63,078 nt of DNA, filler included, from Octopus bimaculoides (GCF_001194135.2; 5 parts of 5 records of this genome joined end to end with filler, not necessarily neighbours in it); one strand, 5' to 3'; counted from the first letter of the whole stretch, positions 44,567 through 57,848 are shown. The notes: generated from the letters alone by a model not told the origin. Numbers and translations are program-made.

Positions 44567-46816
44567 TTGAATATATGACCACCCTGATTTTGTTGTCGTA
44601 TAACTTTCAGAAAAACGGATACTTTTTAAAGAAACTTTCACCAAATAATCGCTTATATTCTGTAGATTGAGTGCGTGAAAAGATTTGTTGGAAAAAATTT
44701 TCCGAGAGGAGTTTCGGAAAATTCACAGGACCTGATATTTTCCCCCTCATAACTTTCTGGAAAATAGGTGTTTTTTAATGAAATTTAATACANNNNNNNN
44801 NNNNNNNNNNNNNNNNNNNNNNNNNNNNNNNNNNNNNNNNNNNNNNNNNNNNNNNNNNNNNNNNNNNNNNNNNNNNNNNNNNNNNNNNNNNNNNNNNNNN
44901 NNNNNNNNNNNNNNNNNNNNNNNNNNNNNNNNNNNNNNNNNNNNNNNNNNNNNNNNNNNNNNNNNNNNNNNNNNNNNNNNNNNNNNNNNNNNNNNNNNNN
45001 NNNNNNNNNNNNNNNNNNNNNNNNNNNNNNNNNNNNNNNNNNNNNNNNNNNNNNNNNNNNNNNNNNNNNNNNNNNNNNNNNNNNNNNNNNNNNNNNNNNN
45101 NNNNNNNNNNNNNNNNNNNNNNNNNNNNNNNNNNNNNNNNNNNNNNNNNNNNNNNNNNNNNNNNNNNNNNNNNNNNNNNNNNNNNNNNNNNNNNNNNNNN
45201 NNNNNNNNNNNNNNNNNNNNNNNNNNNNNNNNNNNNNNNNNNNGTGATTTAAGGGAGATCTGGCTGTTGTTTCTAGCACATCCCAAAACCACGCTCCTCG
45301 TTTATTTCTCACTCACACATCTATTGATATTTTTCAATATTTTTCTCCCCATAAACAAATTTTATGGAGTGATGATGCCAAAGTAACACACGTGTAGTCC
45401 CAACCGAGCGACACCGTGTTATGTGTGCGTGTAAAAAAAAACACACCTAAAAACATCTTTAGTGCTCATATTAATCTGTCAAATGTAATGCTTATTTGTT
45501 CACGTTATTTTTAATTATTCATGTTCAAGTGGGGTGTCCACAATATTTGCTAGTAACTTTGTAAATTTTTTACATACAGATTTGAAATTATGTCAGTGGG
45601 TGCTTTATGTACCACTGGTTTATAGTTATGCAATTTTAGCTGATCTTACTGTGTAAATTTGACTTTTATGGGAAGGTAAATATAATTAACAGGTGTAAAA
45701 GCAATTACATTATGGATAAATACTAAAATCGATATTCTTAATGCATCTTACCTGTTTGATTTGTTACTAACATTATTCCAGATGGCAGCGGACAAAAATT
45801 TTGCTACTTTTCAAGATGAGGTACATTAATTTAAATTAATTAAAATACAGGTATAATCGGTACAAGATTTTATCCTTTCGGTAAATATTTCGTACCTCGG
45901 TATGGAATAATTTTTTCCCAGAGTTTTTTCGGGTGCATTCAACGTATCTGACCTCCAAACCCGCNNNNNNNNNNNNNNNNNNNNNNNNNNNNNNNNNNNN
46001 NNNNNNNNNNNNNNNNNNNNNNNNNNNNNNNNNNNNNNNNNNNNNNNNNNNNNNNNNNNNNNNNNNNNNNNNNNNNNNNNNNNNNNNNNNNNNNNNNNNN
46101 NNNNNNNNNNNNNNNNNNNNNNNNNNNNNNNNNNNNNNNNNNNNNNNNNNNNNNNNNNNNNNNNNNNNNNNNNNNNNNNNNNNNNNNNNNNNNNNNNNNN
46201 NNNNNNNNNNNNNNNNNNNNNNNNNNNNNNNNNNNNNNNNNNNNNNNNNNNNNNNNNNNNNNNNNNNNNNNNNNNNNNNNNNNNNNNNNNNNNNNNNNNN
46301 NNNNNNNNNNNNNNNNNNNNNNNNNNNNNNNNNNNNNNNNNNNNNNNNNNNNNNNNNNNNNNNNNNNNNNNNNNNNNNNNNNNNNNNNNNNNNNNNNNNN
46401 NNNNNNNNNNNNNNNNNNNNNNNNNNNNNNNNNNNNNNNNNNNNNNNNNNNNNNNNNNNNNNNNNNNNNNNNNNNNNNNNNNNNNNNNNNNNNNNNNNNN
46501 NNNNNNNNNNNNNNNNNNNNNNNNNNNNNNNNNNNNNNNNNNNNNNNNNNNNNNNNNNNNNNNNNNNNNNNNNNNNNNNNNNNNNNNNNNNNNNNNNNNN
46601 NNNNNNNNNNNATATATATATATATAAATGTTCACTTTACAAGGAAAGATGCAGAGGAGCAGTTACAAGGTAGCCAAATGTCACATAAGAGCCTAAGAAA
46701 TTAGTAATCATACTTGCGTGGATGTTAATTCCAAGGAGAAGTGAGACGTGTTTTGAAGAACATAAGAATAATTGGAAATGGACACAAACACACAAGATGG
46801 TATTTATATCACCATA

Positions 46817-46900
46817 TCGCCGACATATGTTTCGATTGATGCATTAAAATACACCCGAGAGGAAGTATAATGTAGAAAAATGCATCAATCTTATCAGGAA
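46817..46900 (-). ncRNA. Hammerhead ribozyme-like motif with long stem II (core G8 mutated)
   Basis: CUGAUAA-GAUUGAUGCAUU..AAUGCAUCAAUC-GAAA-CAUAUG-UC: perfect 12-bp stem II (46834-46845 with 46879-46890), palindromic stem III ACAUAUGU, GUC triplet; stem I weak. Confidence 0.55.
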
Positions 46901-47744
46901 GGAGATTATAAACAATTGCGCTCATCAATAAGTCATTTTTACAGATGTAAGAAGCTACAATATATACTATATACATGGAAAACAAAGGTGGATAGGGAAC
47001 TCTAGTAATTCTAAAATACGTTAAGAAATTTGACGTCATTGGACGAGAGAAGAAGAGAAGGAAGAAAGAGAATTAAAGGAGTAATGGAGGTATAAACAAT
47101 TAGAAAGTGAATGACAGATAGAAAAGATGAAGGGAAGAATAAGAAGTACGGGATGAAAAGAATAAAGTTTAAGTTGCAAATATTTTTAGTTAAGGGTCAG
47201 ATATTATTTGAAAAAGCTGAAAGTGTGTTTTTTCCAATGTAAACACCAGTAAACACGTTCTTTGTAGGTGATGACCAGTGTGTGTTTGGAAAAAAGGATA
47301 AATAGTTGTTCGTCTGTACAAAGAGAGCAGAAAGATTTCCCTTTATCGCAGGGAAACGATCTTGACAAAATTTTCCAATTCAAAGAAAATTATTTATTAC
47401 AGTCTTTGAGGTGTCAAATTAGTTTACCAAGACCTGTAGTATTACGTTTATGAATATATTTAAATGTAGAAAGATGGTTGGCAGTAAGCCCGTCATATAT
47501 ACATACACACATACACTTACACACCCATACACATACACATACACACACGACGTGTGTGTGTGTGTGTGTGTGTGTGTATTCATGTTTATGTATGTATGTA
47601 GGTATCCAGAACAATGTAGCTCGAAGAAGATAAAGCTATAAGAAATAGCTAGTAAATATTGAGTTAAAATCTTTTGGATTAAAAAGGTCGAAGGTAGGTC
47701 GTGGTACTCAATCTCACGTTTCTTGCAAATATGACGTCAACAAT

Positions 47745-47778
<34 letters not shown>

Positions 47779-47873
47779 TCATATAAATACACACAAACAC
47801 AGAATTAATTTGGGACAAAGTGAGCGAATGCGGGTGTGTGAGTGTGTGTGTATATGTGTGTGTCTGTGTGTGT

Positions 47874-47905
<32 letters not shown>

Positions 47906-48067
47906 AAGAGAGAGAGAGAAATAGAGAGAGAGAAAGAGAGAGAGAGAAAGAGAGAGAGAGTGTGTGTGTGTGAGAGAGTGAGAGAGAAATGGATATTACA
48001 TCGCACAGGCACCACGTTATAAAGGTGGATGGTTTGGAACGGTGAGAAGTAGGAAAAGAAACTGTTG

Positions 48068-48098
<31 letters not shown>

Positions 48099-48624
48099 GT
48101 GTGTATAGTGTGTGTGTGTGTGTGTGTGCGTGTTGTGTGCGTATTTGCATTGTGTGCGCGTATGTATTGTGTGCGTGTGTATTTGATAGTAGGTGTAGAT
48201 ATGTATATGTATGAGTGCGTCAGTTTTTTTTTGCCAGTGCTTGTATGAGAGAATGGGTCTTGTATAGGGAGTATGTGTGAATCTTTTGATGAGTGTGTAT
48301 GGTGGTGGGAGAAGAGGAAGGGATAGAGAAAATCTGCATGTGTGTATGTGTGCACCGTGAGAGAAAGTGGAAGTGTTATATAAACTGACATACAGATTAT
48401 GAGAGAGAGAGAGAGAGAGCTGGAGATTGTGTCCGCGTGTGTGTGTGTGTGCATGTGTGTGTCTGTGAGTGAGTAGTTAAATGAAAGAGAGACAGAGAGA
48501 GAGACAGACAGACAGAGAGACCTAAATACAGAGTAACACAAACAGACACGCATGTGATCACATAGATGTTTGAAAACATCAAGCGGATAAAAAATAATTG
48601 CAAAGAAGAGAGAAAAAAAAAGAG

Positions 48625-48669
<45 letters not shown>

Positions 48670-49055
48670 TGAAGAATCTTTCTCTCTCGCTCTCTGTCTG
48701 TCTATCAATCAATCAATCAATCTATCTNNNNNNNNNNNNNNNNNNNNNNNNNNNNNNNNNNNNNNNNNNNNTTAATTAATTAANNNNNNNNNNNNNNNNN
48801 NNNNNNNNNNNNNNNNNNNNNNNNNNNCATACAGCAATACGATCCGGGTCTGCAAGCGTCAAGCAGTGTGTGGCAGGAATTTGTAGAACAAAAAATGGAC
48901 AGTGTAAAATAAGAAACAGTAATAATTTGTCGACATCGAGATTTGTACATTGTTTCCCATATCAAATTTGCAAGGAAATTCGATAAACTGACGGCTTCTA
49001 TATAACTGAGAGATAGCAACTACAGCTGCAACAAATTTGAATAAAAATCCAGTTT

Positions 49056-49095
<40 letters not shown>

Positions 49096-49209
49096 ACACA
49101 CACACACACACACTTCACACACTCATACTCATACATACACATACTCATACACACACACATACGCATATACACACATACTCATACACACACATACACACAC
49201 AAAAATGTC

Positions 49210-49370
49210 TGTGTGGAATGGGTGTGTGATAAGAAGCTTGCTTACCAACCAAATGGATCTGGGTTCAGTCCCACAACGTGGCAACTTGGGCAAGTGTTTT
49301 CTACTATGGCCTCGGGCAAACCAAAGCCTTGTGACTGGATTTGGCTGACGAAAACTGAAAGACGTCCGTC

Positions 49371-49418
<48 letters not shown>

Positions 49419-49628
49419 ATGAGTGTTTGTGTATTTGTATTTGTCCCCCCAATATCGCTTGACAACCGGTGCTGGTGTGTTTACATCCCTCTAACTTAGC
49501 GTTTTGGAAAAGAGACTGAGAGAACATGTAATAGGTTTACAAAGAATAAGTCGTGGGGTCGATTTGCTCGCCTGAAGGTGGTGCTCCTGCATGGACGCAG
49601 TCAAATGACTGAACCAAGTAAAAAGAAT
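49210..49628 (+). mobile_element. CORE-type SINE
   Basis: Full-length homology to 51360. Confidence 0.85.
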
Positions 49629-49659
49629 ACATATGTAATGTGTGTATGTATACATTTGA

Positions 49660-50506
49660 CAGTTTTCCCAAAAGGAAAATAAAACTCTTTATCACATCCT
49701 AAAATAAGCGTTTTTAAAATTCAAAAACTGTCAAAACTAGGTTTTGGCTGAGAGATGAAAGTTTAGTGAAAGTATCTGCCCTTGACTTCCACCACGGCTT
49801 CAACACAGCTTCAAAGCCTGGCACATGCGTTCCTCACTTTATTCTTGGGAAGATTTTCGAATATATTGGTCATCAGCTTGGACTTAGTGATGCAGGAAGT
49901 GTGGTTGGTATCTTTCTCAATTGCGCCCCACACATAGTAATCCAGGGTATTACAATCAGGGGAATTAGGAGGCCAGAAAGTGGGGCTGGGGAAGTCGTAG
50001 AAAATCTCCAACAATCACTTCTGGTTCCGTTCAGCGATATGATGAAGACATGAATCTTGCTGTCACACATATGACCTTCCAATGGCAGTCCTCTCCAGCC
50101 AGAGTGTGCGGTCCCAGTCTACAGCAATTTCACAAAGCTGACTGATTAGAGCGTAACGCACTGTTCAACGATGTGCAAATGAATTGTGGTGTGGTGCAGA
50201 CACAATCAGAACTCCAACTATGTCCCTTCCCCTTGCTACAGCTTCACAGTCTCGTGTGTGTGTCACATTTCACAGCTTTCACAGTGTTCACAGAGCATTG
50301 AGCATCAGTCATGATATCGGCATATAGATATCCAACAAGAATTGCAATGATACAGGAAACTCTTTTCACATATTCAGAACATTAATCTTTATGCTCTCCA
50401 ACGCTGTTGTATGTTCTCTAATGCATGAAGCTATTGAGGAAAAGCAGCAGATTAAAAAAATAACCAAATTTGTGTATTTATAATATATACTATCGGACAC
50501 CCGACA
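49660..50506 (-). mobile_element. DD37D-type (maT-like) Tc1/mariner relic, internally deleted
   Basis: QQDSCLHH..FWPPNSPDCNTLDYYVWGAIE with 37 residues D-to-D; degenerate TIR-like ends (ggacacccgaca at the right). Confidence 0.8.
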
Positions 50507-50599
50507 TTTGATCCAGTGTGTACTTTACACAAATGTATTCATAAAGCATCTATCGCAATGCCTATGTATTAGATCTTACTTAAAGTTTACTAGTCGCTA

Positions 50600-50930
50600 C
50601 TCTTCACAAGAATAAGTCCTAAATTCCAACCTGACTTCTTGTTACTTTGATGTTCCCTGTTCTCTGGAGCAGGTATTTCTATCTGCGTTATTTTGAAGCT
50701 GTTCTGTCCACGTATATTCTGTTAAGCTGGCTTTTCTATTGGCTTGAGTCTCCAACCTCTGTTGTTTCCCCTCTGGTGTTTATTGTTCCCTCGAGCAGGC
50801 TTGCCTAGTTGTTTGAAAATGATGTTGCTGTTGTGTCTCTACGACATTTCTTTGTCTCTCATACTGGTGCCTGTCCTGCCTTTCGTCCTGTGTTTCCATA
50901 GACCGTCCAATTCGGGAGTGTTGGGCTTCA
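50600..50930 (-). mobile_element. Possible Helitron RepHel N-terminal (ETxEQRxxRL-repeat) fragment
   Basis: METQDERQDR..ACSREQ*TPEGKQQRLE..TCSREQGTSK*QEVRLE: internally repeated charged motif like Helitron N-termini; contains stops. Confidence 0.4.
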
Positions 50931-51359
50931 TATGATTAAAAAAATATTATGTTGTCTTCTACGCATCATACTGAATGTTCTGAAGTAAAAGATATAAAAA
51001 TCTACAATAAATCCCGTAATCTGCAATTCATTTTTGCTATTTCTAAATTCAATCACGTGACTTTATTTCATTCTTCTACCAAACTTCATAAAATTTCACC
51101 ATAAATTTTCATTTATCTTCATACATATATATGTATGTGTATGTATGTGTGTGTATGCACTCATACATACACATACGTATTTATATACACCTATTGCATG
51201 TGCTTGCATACGCTTGTGTGTTTGTGTGTGAGTGAGTGGGTAAAAGTGTGTTCGTGCCTGTATGTTTCTTTACATTTCGTTCATCGATGAATTGTGTAAA
51301 AAATATGTTCATCTTAGAAAAGAAAATATTTTGAAAACAAATGAATTTAATATTAACAA

Positions 51360-51755
51360 GGAGGCGCAGGAGTGGCTGTGGGGTAAGTAGTTTGCTTACC
51401 AACCACACAGTGCCGGGTTCAGTCCCACTGTGTGGCATCTTGGGCAAATGTCTTCTACTATAGACTCGGGCCGACCAAAGCCTTGTGAGTGGATTTCGTA
51501 GACGGAAACTGAAAGAAGCCCGTCGTATATATGTATATATATATGTGTGTCTGTGTTTGTCCCCCTAGCATTGCTTGACAAACGATGCTGGTGTGTTTAT
51601 GTCCCCGTCACTTAGCGGTTCGGCAAAAGAGACCGATAGAATAAGTACTAGACTTACAAAGAATAAGTCACGGGGTCGATTTGCTCGACTAAAGGCGGTG
51701 CTCCAGCATGGCCGCAATCAAATGGCTGAAACAAATAAAAGAGTAAAAGAGTAAC
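51360..51755 (+). mobile_element. Full-length CORE-type tRNA SINE (reference copy in this window)
   Basis: tRNA-like head, cttgggcaa CORE-like motif, internal (TA)/(TG) tract, tail ending (aaaagagt)n; a second tail fragment follows at 51775-51905. Confidence 0.92.
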
Positions 51756-52122
51756 AGTAAACAATCCCCATGAATTAGCGGTTCGCTTAAGGGTACCGAT
51801 AGAATAAGTACTAGACTGAAAATGTCCGGAGCTCGATTTGTTTAACTAGACCCCTTCGATGTGGTGCTACAGAATGGTCGCTTTCAAATGCCTGAAACAA
51901 GTAAATGATTTTTAAAAATGAATTTAAATATGCGTGTGTGTGTGTGTGTGTGTGTGTGTGNNNNNNNNNNNNNNNNNNNNNNNNNNNNNNNNNNNNNNNN
52001 NNNNNNNNNNNNNNNNNNNNNNNNNNNNNNNNNNNNNNNNNNNNNNNNNNNNNNNNNNNNNNNNNNNTATCTCCCCTACCCTGGACAGATTTTCAATGGG
52101 AAACATTTTGAATTTGAACATG

Positions 52123-52448
52123 TCATAGGATCGCGGTTTCGATTCCCATACCGGGCGTTGTGAGTGTTTATTGAGCGAAAACACCTAAAGCTCCACGAGG
52201 CTCCGGCAGGGGATGGTGGCGAACCCTGCTGTACTCTTTCATCACAACTTTCTCTTACTTCCTGTTTCTGTTGTGCCTGTAATTCAAAGGGTCACGCTGT
52301 GTCACGCTGAATATCCCCGAGAACTACGTTATGGGTACACGTGTCTGTGGAGTGCTCAGCCACTTGCACGTTAATTTCACGAGCAGGCTGTTCCGTTGAT
52401 CGGATCAACTGGAACGCTCGTCGTCGTAAGCGACAGAGTGCCAACAAC
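52123..52448 (+). mobile_element. SINE head A plus tail A, 5'-truncated
   Basis: Reverse complement of 11969-12343; ends gtgccaacaacaa. Confidence 0.9.
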
Positions 52449-53299
52449 AAGCTGTATGTATTGTTGTTGTTATGATAATTGTCTTTTCCCTATTAAGTTT
52501 TTAGTTTTTGCGTTGCTTAATACCCATAACTATTCAAATATTGTATCACTTTTAAATATAGTTTTATTATTTAGCTAGACGCTTCTTGTAATATATTTTT
52601 TCGTTTTCAATATAAATATGAATACGTGTGGCTCTCTATGGCTTTTTTCTGTTTGTGAACGTGTTTTTTTTGTTTAATATGTGATGGACACACGTATTTG
52701 TTTACATTATGATTCGTCTCGATCTTTTCCTATTTCTTTAAATATATCCGTTAGACTTTTTATCTTATAGATTTTTGCACAAATAGACTTGCATACATAT
52801 TGATATGTCTTTCTTTTTCGTCTCTCTTATTATTATTTTTCCCTTTTACAAATTGTTTCTAAATATCCGGTTCAAGTTTTCTCTATTGACTTTTATTAAT
52901 AACCTTTTTGATGTTCTTCCTTATATTCTTCACATTGATGGGAATGACAATGCATAACTTTAATTATAATAGTAATTATTATTATTATATTTTTCTCACA
53001 TATTTCTATTGTCTTTTGAAACATGCCTATAAATATATATATATATGTGTTTGTGTGTGTGTGTGAGTATGTGTGCGTGTGTGAGTATTTAGGCAAGTTT
53101 AGGGATAAGAAAATCAGGCACATCAATATACAAAGTATATAAAATAAATCAAATACAAAATGTGTTTATATGTAGATATATAAAACGGTCCCACTTACAC
53201 AGAGTACAAATTACAGAGAAAATCAAAGGGGTTGAAGGAAGGTATTACAAGTTCAACAGCTGTTTCTGGGATCTAGGTGATACAAAATAATGTATAAGC

Positions 53300-53398
53300 T
53301 GCTAAATACTGCCATAATACTTGCCTTCAGTTCATCTTTGGTGATACAAGGACTTTTGTTGGTCACTCACTCAACTGCGCCCCATTCACGCATAGTAA
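53300..53398 (-). mobile_element. DD37D-type transposase fragment
   Basis: YYA.WGAVE.VTNKSPCITKDELKASIMA is homologous to 20395-20490. Confidence 0.7.
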
Positions 53399-54361
53399 AC
53401 ACGTTTATATATTCTGTATATTCCGAAATTATCCTAATGTAATCCTAATTGTCTGCTGAAAACCCTGCTGATTTTCCTTATAAGGTATTGAAAATGCAAG
53501 ATTATATTTTTACTTATGTTTTGTTATTTTAATCTTATTTAAGAAATGTAACAATTGTTTGTTAATATGTTGATTACTTAATAGATTAATTTGTATCCAT
53601 TAGATCTATGTTTCCTAACTCTCTCTCTTTCTCTCCCTATATATATATATATATATATATATATNNNNNNNNNNNNNNNNNNNNNNNNNNNNNNNNNNNN
53701 NNNNNNNNNNNNNNNNNNNNNNNNNNNNNNNNNNNNNNNNNNNNNNNNNNNNNNNNNNNNNNNNNNNNNNNNNNNNNNNNNNNNNNNNNNNNNNNNNNNN
53801 NNNNNNNNNNNNNNNATATATGTATAATAGGATAAAATCTTTCACAAGAATGTATCAAGTAGCTAGCGTGAAAAAAAACTCACAAGGGGAAAATTATATA
53901 TTCCCCAAAATATATTTATTTATATAAGGGCATTACTATACAAGAATGCCTAGATATATAATTCCCAAATTTATTTTCCTTTATAGAAGCGATTTCTTAT
54001 TTATATATACATTGTCTCCATTTTGCTGGGGTTTCATTCACAATCCCATAGCTCAAAATATAGTTTTCTCCTCCTAAATGACTGACCAACAGACTGTAGT
54101 TTTCAGGGTTCAACTGTAATAAGTAGAGTAATGTCCCAAACCAAGAGACACAACACAATGGCTGTTGTTAGGTTTATTAGCGTCAGGAAGAAAATTCAGC
54201 AATAAATAATACTTTAGATAAACTGAAGTTTCCAATATTTATGTCATTTTTATGCGAGATTTTAGAAATACAATCTTCTTTATATTGTTGCTTACTTCGT
54301 TTTATAAGTTTAAAAAAAAAACTATTTTACTTCCTCTTTTATCATCTTTTATTTAAAAGAC

Positions 54362-54445
54362 ATGGATGTAGATGCAATTATGGAGAAAATTAAGCAGGGA
54401 GACATTGGATATGTGAAGAATTTCATCAGAAGCCATCCAGATAGT
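54362..54445 (+). CDS. Putative first coding exon of a plus-strand gene, ankyrin-repeat-like N-terminus
   Basis: Polypyrimidine tract ttttacttcctcttttatcatcttttatttaaaag, then AC-ATG-G and 28 open codons MDVDAIMEKIKQGDIGYVKNFIRSHPDS, ending at a consensus gtaagt donor (54446). The peptide resembles the helix-GD-helix lead-in of ankyrin proteins. No further exons found. Confidence 0.5.
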
Positions 54446-54929
54446 GTAAGTTGTTCTTTATATTGTTTTCTCAAATTTGATTGCTGATTATTTTATACAC
54501 AACTTGAAATCTTCCTAAATAACCACAAATATTTGTCCATGATATTTCATTTCTTTCTTCATCTCTTTCCTCTAATCCTCATATAAATATTTAACCAAAA
54601 CATGAGGCAATGTCAGAATTGATAGAGTGTAAGTGAGATAGAAGACCAGCATCACAAACTTCGATGGAGTATTCTGGCAGGTAATATTCAGTCCAGGAGA
54701 TGAGGGACAACTAAATTCATCAGATGGATTGTAACTGTGTCAAGAAGTTCTCTTGCCACAAACAGTTGAAGGATTTCCCGATGTCAAGGGCTACACTATA
54801 TCTTTTCTAGAAGTTATCAAACATATGAAAACAATGAGGTGTCACATAGGAATCAAAATCCCTCTTGATCTGGTTCTATTAAATTGTATTTGTGTTCATT
54901 GAATAGAAAAAGATACCCAAAGGGACAAT

Positions 54930-57530
54930 GATGATGGCTGTTTATGACGTGATCTTCTGAGAAGGCTTAAAAGGGCAGAAAGCACCCAGACGCACAGAAA
55001 AGAGAAGGAAACGAAATGAGTGCAATTTGTCAGGAACCTGTTTAGGTTCAGCCGAATGCTGCTGGGGTAAACCAAATCAGTTAACTTAACCATCTCCAAA
55101 GAAGAGGTAGAAGCATTTCTGAGGGAGACTCACAATGATGTCCTCAGAAAGGAAGTTCTTGATGTTAATCCAAATGCCAGCAGAGGTGAAATACCAGTAT
55201 ACAAATTCAACCTCAGGTGTCCATCCTGGAAAGAAGTGGAACAAGTGGTGATAAAGGCCAGATCAGCATCAGTTCGTGGCCCAAGTGGTGAACCTTTTAT
55301 AGTATACAAGAAATGCCTGCGGCTACTTCGGGGACTGTGGACGATGTTTCGAATGATCTGGACAAAGGGTATCATTCCACCATATTGTAAGAGGACGGAA
55401 GGATGTTTTGTGCCAAAAGAAGAAACCTCCACAGCTGTTAATCAGTTCAGGACCATCTCCCACCTGAGTGTTGAGAGGAAGATCTTCTTTTTCGTAATGG
55501 CCAAAAGGTTGACATCATACACGACTGAGAAGGAGTATATAAATACCTCTATCCAGAAAGGTGGGGTGCCTGGTTTCTCAGGATGTCTGAAACTAAAATT
55601 CTCAGTCAGTTGATTCAAGAGGTTAAGAGAAGTAAAGGTGATCTGACAGTGGTTTCGCTGGATCTAGAAAATGCATAAAGTTCTATTCTTCCTGCCCTCA
55701 TCTGTGCAGCCCTTGACCACTGTCATGTTCCCCTGCGTATTAGAGGAATAATTAGCAGTTATTTTGGACGCATCCAATTACGTATCAGAACAAACCATTT
55801 CCCAACTCTTTGGCAAGACCTTGAGGAAGGAATCATAACTGGTTGCATGATTTTTCCCATTCTCTTCATGTTGGGTATGAATCTATTCATATCAACTGCT
55901 GATAGAGAAACACAGGGACCAACAATGGAATTAGGCTGCTGTCAGCACCCTATAAGTGGCCTCATGGATGATATTACAGTAACATCAACAACCCATGTAG
56001 ATGCAGAAAGAGTGCTGCCTTCACTAGAACACATGGCGACATGGGCAAGTATGAGGTTTAACCCCAAAGCATCGAGGAGCATGGTAAACAGGGATGGGGT
56101 CAGGTAACCAACAAAATCAGGCTGCAACTGCAATGAGAGGCCTTGGAAAGATGGTTGATGAGTTGCTGTCAGACGGAAGCAATGTTATTAACATTGTGAG
56201 GCATGCAGAGGAGTGGCTGAGGATGATTGATAGATCAGGGCTTCCAGGAATGTTTAGGGCATGGCTCTTCCAACACGGACTGCTCCCAAGACTCATATGG
56301 TTGCTGATGCTGTATGATGTTCCAATGACAATTGTGGAAAGGGTGGAGAGAAAGATACATAAATACCTCCGAAGATTGCTAGGAGTTCCCCAAGCTTCAG
56401 TAGGCCTGTAGATAAGATCTGGAAAGCTCCAACTTCCCCTGTCATATGTAGTAGAGGAAATTAAAGTAGTAAAATGTAATGTAATGATGTACAGAGACTC
56501 TAAGGATGAGCTTGTCCGAGATTCAGGTATTACCACAAGGTGAGGGTGAAAGTAGGTAGCTAGCACCACTGTCGCTCAGGTTGAAACCATGCTGGAGCTA
56601 TGCGACATCTTTGGAACTACATGTCGGGGTGTCTCAGGGTGCATGGACTAAATGGAATCTCCCTAAGAGGAAGTTCACATGGATTGACCTGTGGAGGGTG
56701 GAACCCTTGCGCATCTCCTTCCTGTATTGGGTGGTGTATGACACACTCCCGACGGCAACAAACCTACATAGATAGAGTTTGAGGGAAGACCAGATGTGTA
56801 GACTTTGCCGAGAAAGGGGTACTCTGGCACACATCTTGGCAGGGTGCAGAATAACACTTTCTCAAGGCAGATACAAATACTTGCTCACATCCTGGAGCAG
56901 GAAAGGTGTAAGAAACATCATCACCAAAGGAAGGCAACAACCGTAATTAAGTTTGTGAAAGAGGGAGAGAAACCAGTAAAATCAGCAGAGACAATATATA
57001 GCTTGCTGCAAGGATCTCAACCATGGGATATGAAAGTGGATGTAGGGGAGAGATTGCAGTTTACCCGGGTTGTCCATACATCTCTGAGGCCAGATGTGGT
57101 TCCGTAGTCTGGAAAGGCCAAGAAAATTACCATAATTGAACGGAAGTGTGACAGATATGGAAGCCTTCTGCAGGATTGCAAGAAGAGATGGCAGGTATGG
57201 ATTTTCCCAGTCGAGGTTGGCTGTAGGGGGTTCCCTGCCCAATCGGTGTGGAGGATCATTACAACAGCTGGAATGAGAGTTAAAGAGGGAAGGGTGGCTG
57301 TGCGCATGATGGGCGAGGCAGCTGAAAGAGCCTTTTGCTGGTTTTGGTGTAAGAGAGAAGAGTTACGTTGGAAGGAATGAAGAGTTGAGCAGTGACTTGG
57401 TCACCTCTGTTGACTCAGCAACAGGAGGGTGTTACGGTTCAGGATCGAAACATCCGATGTACAAGGGATGATGTCTGATTACATCAGTTTCTCCTGGACA
57501 AGGATCCATTCACTTTGGTGAATAGATAAA
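54930..57530 (+). mobile_element. HERO/NeSL-type (R2 group) non-LTR retrotransposon, decayed
   Basis: ISKEEVEAFL, KARSASVRGPSG, FVPKEE..QFRTIS, SIQKGGVPGFSGCL, LDLENA, GIITGC, LMDDITV, FQHGLLPRLIW, YDTLPT..NL, LRPDVV, IFPVEVGCRGF..AAERAFCW in correct order; many stops and frameshifts. Confidence 0.85.
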
Positions 57531-57556
57531 ACACATCCTTACAGGTGTTATGAACA

Positions 57557-57596
<40 letters not shown>

Positions 57597-57664
57597 AGAC
57601 AGACATATGTGTGTGTATTTTCGAGTGAGGTTGTGTGGGTGTATGCGTGTGTATCTATCTTAGT

Positions 57665-57848
57665 GTGTGTCCCCAACTGCTAATTGATAACCGGTGTTGT
57701 TTTATTTACATCCCTGTTACTTAGCACTTAAGCAAAAGAGAGCTATAGGTTGCTGCTCATCAGATAGAAGGGGTACCACACATAAAAGACAAATTCAAGA
57801 AGGAGCTCCAGCATGGCCACAGTCTCATGACTGAAACAAGTAGAAGAG
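57665..57848 (+). mobile_element. 3' half of old CORE-type SINE
   Basis: gctccagcatggccacagtctcatgactgaaacaagtagaag. Confidence 0.7.

Noticed and set aside
48830-49030. Cys-containing frames as the missing CR2 first-half exon
   Set aside because: Cys-rich frame is on the wrong strand; minus frames lack the W and CxxCxC pattern
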